Shown here: in pieces, positions 34,530-49,500 of the stretch
Layout of the letters: every line of letters starts with the position of its first letter
Position numbering within the stretch: position 1 is the first letter of the stretch
NCBI RefSeq assembly: GCF_964204865.1
Contig: NC_135262.1
Location: 3,534,001-3,598,000, forward strand
DNA: 64,000 nt
Reading direction: 5' to 3'
Origin: Styela clava
Taxonomy: Eukaryota
Position numbers and translations under genes: made by a program
Notes under the pieces: model-generated
Seen by the model: the letters and a program-made list of their open reading frames with translations, nothing else
The model's database searches: none
What the model was told of the DNA's origin: nothing

Positions 34530-37500
34530 CTAAAACAGAAAAGTCACTTTGTCAGATGTTTTGTAGTGGTGCATGTAGTGGCGCTAAAGAGTCGTGAAGA
34601 CATCGAACCGATATTGCCACACCTTACTTTATCCAGCGCAATCACGTCTTTCTTGCTAAAAATCGGTTTCTAAAGCCAACCAAAACAACCAAAAATCTAT
34701 TACCGCTACCGAAATCGGATAATGATTTATTTAATCGAAACATCAGTGAATTAAAGTCCTAATCTAACACGGGATTATCGAAAAAAAGGTTTACTTTAGG
34801 TAAGCATTATATCGTCCACACATTCTAAATTTACTTATAAAATTGGCTACGGTTTCAATTTATAATTTTACGGGCTCGTGTCGTGACAATTGGTTAGTAT
34901 TTACCAATTTTGACCGCAACATATAACTGTTTTCACACTTACTGGGCGAACGAGCAACTGATTTCCTTGTCGTTAAAACTCTAGATAAAGTAGTAGTCTT
35001 GACTGTAGTCGTTGTCCTCAGAGTAGTCGACTCCTTGAATACAGTTTTAAGGTCTGGGATGATCAAATTAGTTTTCTTTTTTGTCACTTTAACTTCGAGT
35101 CTTATCAAGTTATTGCAAGGGTGGTTGTGATGCTTCTTTTTGTGGTCGTAGCCCTTTGGAACTCCTGTAAATTAATTTTGTTTATTTGTGCGTTATAGAT
35201 ATATCATTATCGATTTTGTTCTTGTTTTATAATGAGCACCGTTATACATTTTACATCAATATTTCGAAATATTTGTAGTTTTAAAAAAAGCTGATGGAAT
35301 TCGGAAACTTTTTAATACAGTTACAGCGTACAGATGTATATTTTGATAAGAAGGAATGTGGAAGTGAAGTCAGAAAAGCAAAACAACAATTTACGTTAAT
35401 AAAACTTAGGTCACGAGACTGCTCAGAATCAAAATAGTTCTGGTACTCAAATTTCATTGTTTGTTTCAATCGCGTTTTTTCGACTTGCTTCAATTTTCAA
35501 ATTTTATATGGTTTGTGTGGGATTGTGGTTGAAGTAAAATAGGTTGTTCAATACCGCTCACTGTTATTCCGACTGTGGATTAGGCTGGGGAGTCAGCCAT
35601 ATTCGAGAAATCTTTATATTGGTTTAAAATAGAAGCAAGAATTGGATTAAATATTGCTTATGATAATACATGTGAGCGCGATGACCCTGTGGTATCGGGT
35701 TCAAACTACAACCATCTGAACCAGGATGTAATAAATTGACTTGGCAAAGGCCGAACCGTCGATATCTCAGTCATTCCAAATTGAAGTAGCCGCTTTTAGG
35801 ATAAAACGCGTGAAAACGTAGCAAATATAGTATATATAAGCTATATATATGATAAAACCAACTTACCAATGTAATAATACGTCTTCCCTTCTTGAAAAGT
35901 GAATCCTATCGGGTACGGACTAATTTTCTGGAACTTAATTGTGAGTTTCGTCGGACAAACCGGAGAATCACATGATAGTATTGGGTTCTTTTTTGCTGAA
36001 ATTAAAAAAAAATGAATAAGTAAAACCAAATTTTTCAAAAGAGAAATTGAACGGACCAAAATCATTAAATTCTGCAACTGTACGTTTACGCACAATTGAA
36101 GAAGTAAGATGCATATTGTCTATCTACCATGTATACCCACATACCGTCATTCCTCGGAAATAAGACTCTGTCTCTTTAGAAAAATACCACTATTTTGGGA
36201 GGATGTCTTTTATTTTCATTTCCCAAAATCAAAATTACAAAGTGAAGTAGAGAATTACGGGATTTTCTTATATACAAAACATGAAAAACGATATCCATTT
36301 ACTCGAGTGGATAAATAACACGTTTTTATTAAAAAATACTAAACATAGGTTATTTCAAAATGACCAATCATATAAAACGTGTAGGGGAGATTTCTTACCA
36401 TCGACTAGTCTAGGTCAAAACAAAACAAAAAATTCGCGCTATTGACTAGATTTTATTTTCAGGGGGCAGCTTATATTAAAATTTTTGAAATTCAGATTAG
36501 GTCTTCTCTTCAGGTCAGGTCTTATATTCGGGGAAACACGATGTTAGTAACCACAGGCTAATTATTATGGGGTACCTAAGTCATAGTTATTGTCAATTTT
36601 ATTTTTTCCATTCAGTCAAAAATAACATACACGAATTAAAGATAAATTAAATAAAATTAAACATATCTTTCTATCGGGGAAGGGAACCTGCTTCAGGTTG
36701 GGTCTTATATTCAGGAAAACACGATATTAGCAACCAGAGGCTATGTCTATAGCTAAATAGATTTGATCCGACGCTGAGTATTTTTAATGTTATCACGTAA
36801 TAAAATCTTGATATTACAAACACGGGCATAGGAGTTTATTTTTCGTTTAATTCGACCACTTAAAGTTTGCATATCAGCGCAACTGTAACGAATTTGTGGT
36901 TAACCCGCGGTTCCTGGCTCAAAAAACGAACGAATGAATGTAAAACGTTTTTCTTTTCTTGGATAGTTCACAGCTATTTTTAATAAAAAAAAATGAAAGC
37001 GATTGTTCACATAGTTAAAGTGGTGATATTATTTTCCCAAAACAAAAACGAAATTCAAAAACATCGTTTCAAATACCCTTTGAGTGGATGTTGTTGGTGA
37101 TTCAGCTATCAAAGCCATACTCAACAACAATATCTAGTTAATTTCCGACCTTACAAATTTAATTAGATATCGAACCTTGGATTTGGCTGCTCGATAACCA
37201 GTTTTGGTTCCTCGCAGGTTCCCTTCCCCGATAGAAAGATATGTTTGATTTCATTTATTTTTTTAAATTCGTATGTTATATTCCACTGAATGAAATAATA
37301 AACTTGACTATGACTTGGGTTTACATCGCACCCCATAATAACCTTATCAACTCTCACCTTCTATGGCACAAACATCGTACGCCTTCTTATCGGTGACCTG
37401 GTAAAGGTAGAAGAGTTCCATCTCATCTTCCGCTTTCCCTTCCGGGTATTGAGGGCAAATGATGTCCATGAATTCGTCGATATGAGCTTCAAGTTTGATC

Positions 37501-40500
37501 ACTTTTCTGTAAAGCCTGAAACAAAAACATACAAAAATATTTTTATTTATTTATTTTTTCAAATTCTTTAATTATTTTGTTATCGACTTTTAAGTAAATA
37601 AATCATGATCACATGATTAGTCGAAGCTGAAACATTTTTAAAATTCAAATATGGGTAAATTAGGAAAATCCAGTTCAGCAAACTATCTAAATCAAACGAA
37701 TAAAATGTAAATTTTTTATCGGATGAAATCTTGAAAAAAAAAATTCTGTTCTGAAGTTTTGAATTTCTTCTTGCCAAGTTTGACAGTAACAGCAATCGCG
37801 TACGGCCGGAAACGCAGGTTTTCAAAAGTCTTCAGGGTCTAAGAATTGTTTCAAGCAACGAAAATTGCTTTGATACAGAAAAATACTGAGTATCGACCCT
37901 TCCCCATCTCACCAATCCAATACATAACTAAGACTGGTAATTGAACTATTCATCGCCTCATTGTTACTCATATCATCTTGTTCCTTGAATAAATAAATAT
38001 CCCTAATCTAGAAATTGCTATGAATGCCTATATTTGTTTGTTTTTTAAAATTATCTATATTAAGATCGACTTTGCTGACGATTCTAAATAGCCTATATTT
38101 TTCATATTAATCTGTTTGCAAATATTTACAGTTTTCGTAAGACGAAAAATTATATGAACATTTATTTTGTCAGTAACGGTCTGATAGACATATATATCAA
38201 CTAATTTTTATGGCATTGAGCGTTAAAAATAATAAATGATGATAAATTGGAAAAAATAAAGAGTAGAATGTTTAAACTTGTGTTTCACGGCCAGAAATAT
38301 CTGTACATGCACATAAACATACACAAATTTTTAGTCACAATTTTTTTTTCGTTATTAAAACAAACATCATATTTGGAAAATTTTGAATTAGAGTACTAGA
38401 GTAATCTGAGTTAATTTGCTACTAGACTCGCCAGGATTTGAAACCGTCACAAAATTTCAGTTATCTTATCGTTGGAAGAGTCATGCCATTTATTATTCAA
38501 TATGGAGCAAGATTGAATGAAATTCATTTACCGTACATCCAGTGTGATTATGTTTCAATAGCGACAGAGTTGCTCTTCTATCTTATTAATTATCTAATTA
38601 ATTATTGAGGAAATCCCTTTTACGGATGGAAAAGTATGAATAAGTCACACATAATATTGAAGCTTTCTTGCTTCAAATTTGAGGCTACATAGACTCATTA
38701 ATTCGGAAGCAAATGAGCGTTTGAAAATAAGGCAGCTAATAAGTCTTAGATTATGAAAAAATTCATTTGTGATGAATCCGCAATTAGTTATCATGGAAAA
38801 TCGGAGTTATCAAATTTAAATACAAAGTCTTATAAACAATTTAATAGTAAAAAATTGCTATTATTTATTATCAAAAAAGTACTTTTTTCTAAATTGGCCC
38901 TGTATTTCCGAATAGCAAGTTTGAATTTAATCTTGAACATGGTTTTGATTTCAAAAAGATTAATATTCATCACAATTAGTTGTTTTCAGTTTTCATGACT
39001 GACTATTCAGAATCACTCATGTATTTCCTAAGATTTGCACGGGTTAATTTGGATAGCGAAAGTAGGTTCTATAACTGAAATCCCTCATTTAATTAAATTA
39101 TGCTATTGTCATGGTTATACTAGTTTTATCGCAACACTTATACTATTAGGAATTAGGAATAAATTAATGAGTTTTACAGTAGTGAATGAACTGGATTGGG
39201 AGATATTTTGCATTCCCGGAATCAGCGTAAGTGAAGTCGGTCGAAATGTTGGTCTGATGAGTTTGAAATAAAGCAATACGAAGCTACAAATAGAAAAAAA
39301 AATTCTGAAGATTCATAAAAGAAATAATTTGTTTTGCTGTGATCTAATCACCCATATGTGTGTGCGCGCGTGGCAACACATTCTAACTTTTATTCTGTAC
39401 GCTATGAACGTTACTTGAGGTTTTGTTTGCTCTCCTGATTCTCTAATCAGTTTTTATTAATTATTTCATCGTCTGTCATGCTGATAATAAAAAGACCAAT
39501 GTATCATAAATGGAGAAAAGCAGTCACAATTATGCCTTTATTCAATGATGCTCCTAACTTGCATATTTTGTTAGAGTAAGCAGGTTGTCAAAGGGAGCCT
39601 TAAAATTTGATTGGTGCGAAAAGACTCGCGAATGACATATTCCCTCTCTCAATAATAATTATTTATTCCCGAAGAATAAAATATACTTTTCATCAAATAC
39701 CATGTCTTGCGTACAACATAATGAAGTTTACAAAGCCTATTGTGGTTTCACAATAGATAATTATTACGTCAAATGAATACTACTGTGAAAAGTTTTAAAA
39801 ATAAATAGATTATCACAGTATTTTGATATTTGTATAATATGTTGATATTTACATAGCACCAATTCATTATCATATCTACATTGGATGGCGATTTGTTGTA
39901 ATTAATATCATCAAACTGTATTAGGGTCAGTTGAGATTCGTTTATGCCCAGAGCCTTGCTGGAAGAAAATATGTTATCATTCCTTAAAACTGTTCTTGAT
40001 ATATTTTGTTGGCCGACCAATAGTAAAATGATGCAATTACAGACGAATATCAGTAAAATAGTTGAGCATTTTTAATAGTACACAACTGACCTATTCACTT
40101 CTTTCTGAGCACCAGGACTCTAACACTATTGCCATGCCCTGTTCTGTTCGAGATTAAAGCCAAGGAAATGAATTTAAATAATTACTAGTATGGCAACAAA
40201 GGGTAATCTATTGTGCCACAACCTTTAGTTTATTATTCCACTATTTCGTCTTGTAGGGCAACGTATGATTACCAGAAATGTAAATCATGAAGTAGACTCG
40301 ATGGCGCCTTAACGGCATTGTGCTTCTCTTTTAAGGCTATCATGATTACGGGAATACATATACAGTATTATTTGCTACTGAATCCCTTAAAATTGTAAAT
40401 TTTGGTCGCTCGCAAAAACAAAAGTTAAAAACCACTGTCATGTTAAAATGTCTTATCTCCATCTTTTTCTTTGATAGGCAGGCCCACACTTCAATTAGAA

Positions 40501-43500
40501 AAGCGCTGTCTCCAATAGGCCTTTACTGCATGGTCTATTTCACAGAGGGCTGGTTGTTGTACAGTCATATAGGCATCATGTTTATTTTTAGTCGTGTACT
40601 TTAAATCAAGTACAACTAAATAATAAAATATATGGTCGCAGTAAAGCCATAGAATTTAAAAAAAGAAGCAAAGCTTCATAACAAGATATAAATTGTTAAG
40701 CGTCTAATGGTATTGTTAATAATATTCCAAGCTCTCTAGTCTAAATTAAAAATAGGAAAACTATTCGTGGTGTAAGTCACATTTGTCTTTACTCGAGACG
40801 ATCACGACTTATTGTGGCTTGAATATCTCGTGGTTTTCAACCATTATTTAACCGATTACATCAAATTCAAACCAACAATTAACAAAAAACGTGGTGAGAG
40901 TTGTACCAGTGGTATCGTGATACCGCGGTCGTGTACATGAGTTTTCCCATAGGTATATTTACAATAATATTAATTTTATTTTATTTTTAAATCGAGTTGT
41001 AAACAGGAATACCTAAAACAGGGTGGGAATCGCTAAGTTTCAATATTTTCTTCAATACTCTAAAAATTGGGTAGAACACTCAATTTTATAGGCATCGCAG
41101 ATTACACGCACATGGTCCAAATTCAATGCTCTGGCCTCGCCAACACCTCATCCCATCTGAGAGATCCCAGCGTTTACAAAACAATATAAGTAGCTTATTA
41201 CAATTGATAGATAGCAGTTGCTTCTTGTAATGTACTTTGTTTGGAGAACAAAAACGAGAATAGGCGATGATAAAAAGTATAGTACACCTTACACATGGTT
41301 TTTCATCAGCGCAGAACCAACATGTGTATATATCTATCCTGCAAATTCTCAAAGCGACAACTGAAAATAAAAAGCAAGCCACGAAAGATGCTGATTGGAT
41401 TTATTCTGCTAGTTGGACAACAAATTAATTTTGAATATTTGAATTTGACATGAAATTTTCAAAATAGTGATTTTATTTTTCGTAGTTTTGGTGAAATTTT
41501 CCCTCTGTTTATCAAAAGTTTTTATTGTTGAAATTTTCCCAAGTTAGAATCTGGAGTTAAAATGACTAAATTGTAATTTTGTTACCCCATAATTACCCAA
41601 AACATTAGAAAACACGGGATAACAAATCTCATTAGTAATAAAATCCTCCAAAATACAAAAATAAAACCAACAACTGTGATATCATAATTCACCACGTACA
41701 AGGCGGTCTCGCTTCGGTGAATATGACTGAAAGTCTTCAATAAAGCGTGTCCAAGAAATTGAGAATACTATGACAACACTTCTGAGTGATACTTAATGTT
41801 TTGTCACGGAGAAGCGTAATCCGCAGAATCATATCCGCCGTAGCCCCGTGCTTATTCATCTGCGCACACATTTATGACTGACTGTTCGTTACAGTCGCAC
41901 GGTCTTACTCTAGTGTGTGATCTCAATGATATTAATTAGGGTTGTGGACTGAAATCTATGCGAATGTTTTTATGTATTAAACGCATACCAAATTGACACC
42001 ACAATTGGTAATTTGGTATTCGATTGAGATCTGGCTTATCAAGTAAGATCAACGTACTAATCAGCGACCAAATCCCATTTCTATATAATTTTACTGTCAC
42101 TCTTTTTTTCAGCAACACATGATATTACATACATTACATATACACAGTAGTGGGATTCAGCCGGTTCGCACCGGTTCTATAGAACCGTCTCACGGAATTT
42201 ATAAGATCAGCGAACCGGTTAGCATTACATGACATTTTGTAACAGAACCACCTGAAAATATGACATTTGTGTGATGGAACCGGCTGACAAAATATTTGAA
42301 TCTCACCACTGCATATACAAATAACAAATTCTAATAAGTGACTTAATAGGATGAATCATACCAAATGGGGCTTGATTACATTGCGACATGGATAATACGA
42401 GAGGAATTTTAATCATTCAATAACATATAACGGGGGCGGAGAGGAAGCTAACAATTTTGATGATTAGGGGTTCAGATTCGGAAATCGAGTGTAACCGTAA
42501 GCAAAGTATAAAGTTTTAAATGAATTCAGAATACCACAATTTAAATGATGGGTATTCTAAATCGTCAGGACTGAAGAAAAACGAAATACAGCACGGGTTT
42601 GTGACGTCATATAAGGCCGACACCCTCTCGAAAATTATTCTCACAAAATTACCCAATCGGGTGCAAAAGATATACACAAATAATTTCCCATGGGGTCAAC
42701 ATCATTATATATAAAGTTGTGTAAAAGATACCTGACTTCTTAATTACCACCTTAAAATTTATACAATTTATCAAAAGTATTTGTGTTAGCGAATAAAAAA
42801 TAGGCTATCCGTAGTCAAGTTTGGGTTGTTCAACTCTTTAAATCCCTTTATTAACGCGCTTAAGGCGGCGCCTTAGCATCTCTTGATGTTTAATATCATA
42901 AGCTGATGGATCAGGGTAATTCAGTGTGGGCTAATCACGTGCTAAGCTGGGTTACGGTGACGTAATAAGCGCAGAATGTAATCAAATTGTGATGGCATAA
43001 TACATCGTGCGTCGGATATAAGCCCACTTAATTTGGGGTGTCGAATTGCTATGACTGATATCCGCCTCGAATGAAAATTTTGCTACCGCGCTGAAACTTA
43101 AAATATGCCATATAAGCGCCTTTACACGTTCACTCTAGCCAAAGCATTGGGTAAGTAATGGTACAACCGTTAATATTAGAAGAGATCAATTTTTTTTTGG
43201 TTTGGACCTCCCCTTCATATTTATTAAACACTTAGGGCTGTGACTGGTGTTCACCTGAAATGAAAAATTCTTTAGATCAGCGATCGGCACCCGCGGCTCA
43301 CGTGAATCAAAGTGGTTACAATTTTTTTTTTTTTCCCAGCCAGAGAAGTTTAATTTTTCTATCGCACTGAAAGGTTTTACGCATAATTGCAAACTTTTAA
43401 AAGACATTATATTAGAGTAGATGTTGCGGCTCCGAGTAGGTTTAAATTTGACGGAAACGATGCCAAATGACTCTCTCAAATCTAAAGGTTGCCGACCCGT

Positions 43501-46500
43501 ACCCGTGTTAGATGATACGACAGTTATTAGACGAAATCTATATTCTGTTAGTACAGTCCACCAATCCATAATTTTACACCCGTAGTGTTGTCGTTGGCTT
43601 AGGTGCTAACCTAGGTCAAGACAGTTATATACAAGGCCACAAGCACAATGCCATCTTTATTCTTATATTTGCCGTTGCCAGAATTGAACTCATTTCTGAT
43701 AATTCAATTCAATTCCATATTTTGTATTTTAATATGACCTGTCGCCATTTTTATTTTAATATAATTCCAGTTTTACGACTTCGACAACGCCCTGCGGCAA
43801 CTACATTGAAGCAGATAGCAGGTTTGATGCTTTTATCCTTGGATTAATAGCTTGATTGTCAAGTCAAACAAATCACATTTGAGCATACTTATCAAGTACG
43901 ATATTATAATGTACCGTAAAAAGACATTTACAAAACTATATGGTTATATAAACTAAATTTTCGCTTTGAGACCACTCCATGCAATGCTCTGCAGTAAAAC
44001 GCGCCACTGATATGTGAAACGTTACAATTTTTGAAAGACCATTTTTTCAGTTTGGCATTGCTATATTGTAAATAAAATGCAAAATTTTGTGTTTTATGCA
44101 ACGCCTTTCATGACTTTCACTCCAAACAACGTAGGTTTTGTTACGTTTTTATGAACATTTAGTAGGTTTTTGACGGTTTTAGTTGGGCTTGTGGTGTTTT
44201 AGTACGATTCACTGATGTATAAGAGGCTGCAATTTATAAAAAAAACTTTCATCTTTCCAGTTTGCCATTGCCTTTCTAATTATTTCAAATGTGGACCATG
44301 CGTCCTCCAAATTCGATTACGAGCACTTCTAATCAAAATTGTCATCTAGCGTTGAAATTGTATTTTCAAAAAGCCTTTACCATATCCCATTACCAATACG
44401 ATAATGATATGATGAGACCAATATATGGATGTTGCCCTCTCCAATTGAATAAACATACTGCAGGTGTGTATATGAAATATACGTAAGTTGTACGAATTTT
44501 TAACAGTGTTGAAATGTCAATATCGTCCGATATTTGTCAAACAAGTCTGAATCGGTCAATGATTTACAATTCTGTGTAACAACCCGGTTACGATAGCAAA
44601 ACAACCAGCTGAAACCAGATTAGGTCAAGGTGAAATAAAAACAGGACACAAATTATATCAAAATCGAAAGCAAGACTTCCAAAGTGTTAATATATGATGA
44701 ATTCAGGAGCGTATGGCCGGAGGCCTCAACTTCCGACCTTCACCCCCTACCACCCCCCACACCCCCCTTTTTATTTACTTGGAACACTTTTTAGACCCTC
44801 AAGATGCTTGAAACCCATTACCTTGGTAAAACATGCGAATTAGAAACCAAAATACTATAGTGAATAGACGAAATATTATATTTCACTGGCTTGGTTAGCA
44901 TATTATATTGTGTTTTCGCGCTATACGAGATTCAATGTATGTTTAAGTACAACTCCCATTATGCAAACATTAAAATAAAATTGGGCCGAAACTTTATATG
45001 AACAAAATAAGACTGTGCCAAACGACTTCTCGGTCAGAAATTACATTAAACAATCAATTAATGAGACATGCTGGGGGTTTCTTTTTATTTGGGTATATTT
45101 TTCATGAGATTTTGCTCCCTTGCTCCGAACTAGGCCTCCATACATGGTAAACTGCTATTCGAAGACTTCGAAGAACCGAGTTATTTACCAAGCCCTGGAG
45201 TTAGGTGGTGGACGAGGTTGAGAACCTCTGATCATTGCCCCACGACGTTCTATGTGCTTGGGTTGATGTCGCCATTAAACGTAATTTTCTATTGAATTTC
45301 AGCTCTTTTTAGAATTTTTAAAAGTCGTATGTGTGTATGGATTCATGTATGAAAGTTCAATTCTTCATGACAAAAGTGAATTTTTTAGAGGGGACTTCCT
45401 GTGTACTCACGACCCCGACCTAACTTTGAGCAAATCTGCATCAGAAGCTGGTTTATAAACATTATAACACGTTATAAAACTAGCTTATGATGTTTTCAAT
45501 TTTCAAAGCTTCTGCTTTTCGATCATGCCCCAATATTTGCATTGTGGCGCAACGAACAATCTATTATTTCTATTCCACGTCACGAACTCGTGATCAGCTC
45601 GTGGACTGCGATAAGCGATTGGTCTGAAATTTGGTCTGTCAAGTTGAACCGTAACAGCTAGCGAGTCCGGCCGAAGACCGGGAAGCGTGATTTTTTCAAG
45701 AGACATGAGGATCTAAGAAGCGCTTCCAGATATGAAAAATTGTCATGTATAATACAGAAATTTTTTTTTTTCTTCTCACATTTTGAAAGGGTAGGGAGGG
45801 GTTGGGAGTTCGGTTACGACCCGCAACCATTCTTCCCTGAGCACGCTCGTGTAATCCAAAGGAGAAGTAATTTAAAAGGCAATTGGGACTCATCGCCACC
45901 AGTAAATGATATTGAATGATTAAAATCTCTATTCATTTATTTGAGGATTAAATACACTATATTTCATTATTTCTTGCATTAGATCAGTGGTTCGCAAACT
46001 TTTATGGCTCTTAGCCCCCGGCTTTTAACACACATAGCCCCCTATTTAAAATTCCAGTGATATTCATAGTGTTATTTTGATTTGTAGATTCCAAATCTTA
46101 TTATGTTCAAACAATTCATGGAAAAATTAAAACACCCAGTAAAATAACTTTATCAAGTGAAACTATGAAAAACAGGGATTGGCTTCTCTGTGATCCCTTG
46201 GCATGGGTACGGGCCCTTGATTTAGAACCGCTGCACCAGATAATTTAATTATTTGAAAACATTGAAATTGCCTGATGGAGCCTTGTAGAGGCGAGAAACG
46301 TGTCATGAAAAATCAAAAAAATTGTCTTTGACATTTTATTGCCTCGAAATATGACTTCGGAACCTTTTTATATAAAAGCTGCAGGAAACCAAATTAACTA
46401 TATTGTATCAGTTATAAATGTAATAAAACACGAAGAATGAAATTTAATTTGATTTTTGTTTGACGATATTATTTCTGCTTCTCAAATTTCCAATATAGGA

Positions 46501-49500
46501 AAAGTGGTTTCGGAATCCGCTGGTCGATTCAGACGATAAAGAAAAAAAACGATACATTTACAAGATCGTTCGTTATCGATAATAAACTATAAACGTCTGT
46601 TTTCTTCATTTTCAGTCATATTTATGTGAAATCTTTATAAACCAAAGTTTGCTTAAATTTTGGTTTGAGGGGCTTAAACTAAAAGTAACTGAAACTAACT
46701 GACAGAGGATTACATTCCTGCACAAACAGAAGTTCAGTTGTTGACTAGATTGTTCTTTATCCATGTAGAATTACAGTGAATCAATTTATGGGTTCTGTTC
46801 TTTAAGTTATCGTGAATATAGTATGAAATGCCGTGGTCATATAGGGTGTTCATAAAATCTTAAATTTTTTTCAAATTTTCAAGGGAATTTATCGATATCC
46901 CATTGTTTTGGTCCCCATAGATGTAATAAATGAAGTAAAAATACTTAAACAAATACTGATTAACAAACAACAAACCTGGTAACGAGATATATTAAGAACT
47001 GTCTTCATAACAAACTTGATATTGCGAAGGAACTTTATGGACCCCTATAAAGTAATCACATGCGCATATTTCTGCATACACCAATTTCAATCGAACTTCG
47101 AAATCTTGAATGGATTTTTTCATTTTCCAAATTATATTGTTCACAATTCAGTAAAAGTCGACGACGCCCTACATCTAAAAAATTGGCATTTAATCCGCTT
47201 GTATAAGGTTAACATAGTCACATATGGCTGCTTATTTTTCACCATGTGTCCATGGAAAAGCATATATGTCTAAATATTTTGTGTCTGGGCATGTCTAGCC
47301 CACAAAGGCCATACAGACAATAGGAGTTCATGTAAAAAGCACAAACATTGATTTTATTTGGGCCTTGCTTGTGCATGTTAATATTATTTATTACCCAAGC
47401 TTGATTAATTCTCCCATTTTTATTGTCCGCTTGTCAAAGGATTAGATAAATATTTGAAATTGGAGTACTATGGCCATAAAAGTTGCTTTACGTAGAACTA
47501 TAGTGTGTTCTTTATATCAGTTGTCATTTGCCCACACACAAGCAATATATCAGAAGTAAGCCGGTATAAATCACGTAAAAAGTTCTTTACACTAATAAAG
47601 GTGCCCGGAACATATTATACCGATGTAATTGTAGTCAAAGAAAAGAAATTTTTGTTATATCTGTCTTTGAGCCCTAGCTATGAGTATATTTTTGCACAAT
47701 ATGACAAGTATTTTGTAATTCTTATTCTTAAATATCAACATAAGTGCCTGGAACCCTATACTATAACTAATATCATTGCGGTGAAAAATATATATGTTGT
47801 TGAATAAATTTGTTGGTACTCCTTTCTTCGGTTCTTGATGATATTTTCATTTACAAACAGTATAACATACAACCTTCAATTCTAAATCTTAGTCGATATT
47901 TCAGTATTAATTTGAACAGCACAGTCGCTTGGTCAGAAACACAAACGAAAGTACGATATCATGTTCCCCAAAGCTTTTCGTTACATTTTGTCGTGCATTG
48001 TAAATTCCAAAAATTTCATAATATTATTACTATTTTATGAAGACTAATTTGACAAATTTCTAACAACTGAATTACAATCATTTATAAAATCGTGAAACTC
48101 TCACACTGACTCTCAGCAGAGTTTTACCGACGGAAAATGTCGCCCCGAGAAAAGGTATTACACACACTTCTTAAATGGAGATATACTGGTTCAAATACAC
48201 TTCAGAATGTAATTGATAGCATTTGGTATCTGATAAGAGTATTTAAATTTTTGTTTGAAAGCTTAAATGGCAAATGTTTGGTGATCAGGATAGAGATATG
48301 ATTGTTCCTATACACACAAGAAGCGAAGTTGATTTATTATACAGTTTTGTTGGTGGTATTTCTGGTAGTTCAAGTCGGTTTATATCAGTATAAAGAATCC
48401 AATTCATACAAGAAATATTTTGGTTGCAAGATTCGATGAATTTGATATTGTCAAATAAGCATATATGGTATATGATAGTATATATCCCAAGTATATGATT
48501 TGTTATCCGACGAGACCTTGGTAAAAAAAAAATTCAAAACCGGATAGGTTTTTCGACTCCGATCCGTAATATGTGTACCTGGATAGGGTTGTGCCATAAT
48601 TTAATTCCGATATTCTTTATTTTAGGTCTATTACGAGTGCGAGACGGGTTCTATTACGAGATATATTTCAGTCCCTTTACACAACTTGATGCGTAGGCAA
48701 ACAAAATACAATTAGTTACCTCTATATTGGTACACACACTTCATTGTTTCATTCTTTACAAAAACCACACACATTTTTACAAATTCTGTTAAAAACAATG
48801 TTCAATTATTTCTCCAATACACTAAAACCCTAATTATAGCGTAGCGTGACAATTATTCTTCTCCAGACGTTAATTGCGTGGGAACCGGACGAAAAGACAA
48901 TTTACTGCTCGTTGTAAATTTGCTAAAAACAATTTAACTCTTTATTTGGAACACTTTTGAAAATGGTGGTAAATTAATTGTTAATTAATTGTTTTGTAAG
49001 TTAACCAAAATCTTTGAACAGGCTCAAGCCAAACATACATTACCATTACCTGGACCTGGAAAATATGGATTAGGAAAAAATTTGTGTAACTTTACTCGAA
49101 TTTTAAATTTGATTGTTTTGCAATCTAGCAGGAATTTCTAACAAATTTAAGCTATATTTGAACAGTGTGTAAAAATCATATTTATGATTTATCCCAATTG
49201 CATACGTCTTTCACTTCTAAAAAGTCGAAGCACCAACTACTAGTTAAAAGATGCAACTTTTCAAATACATTTTTAAATATGACGTCAGAATAGATTTCAA
49301 TTTCACTATAACGAATATTCAAATATATTTAAACCAAGGATTGTTTAAAATAACCCCAGACAAAACCTTTCCAAAACGATAATAATTTTGGACGCTTTTT
49401 AAAGTCGAATATGATTGCTAGTTTGTATGTCTATGAGTTGTTGAGTAGCATTTCTGTGTTTATACTCTGCTTGAGAGCAATTTTTGGTCAGTTTGTTGAA

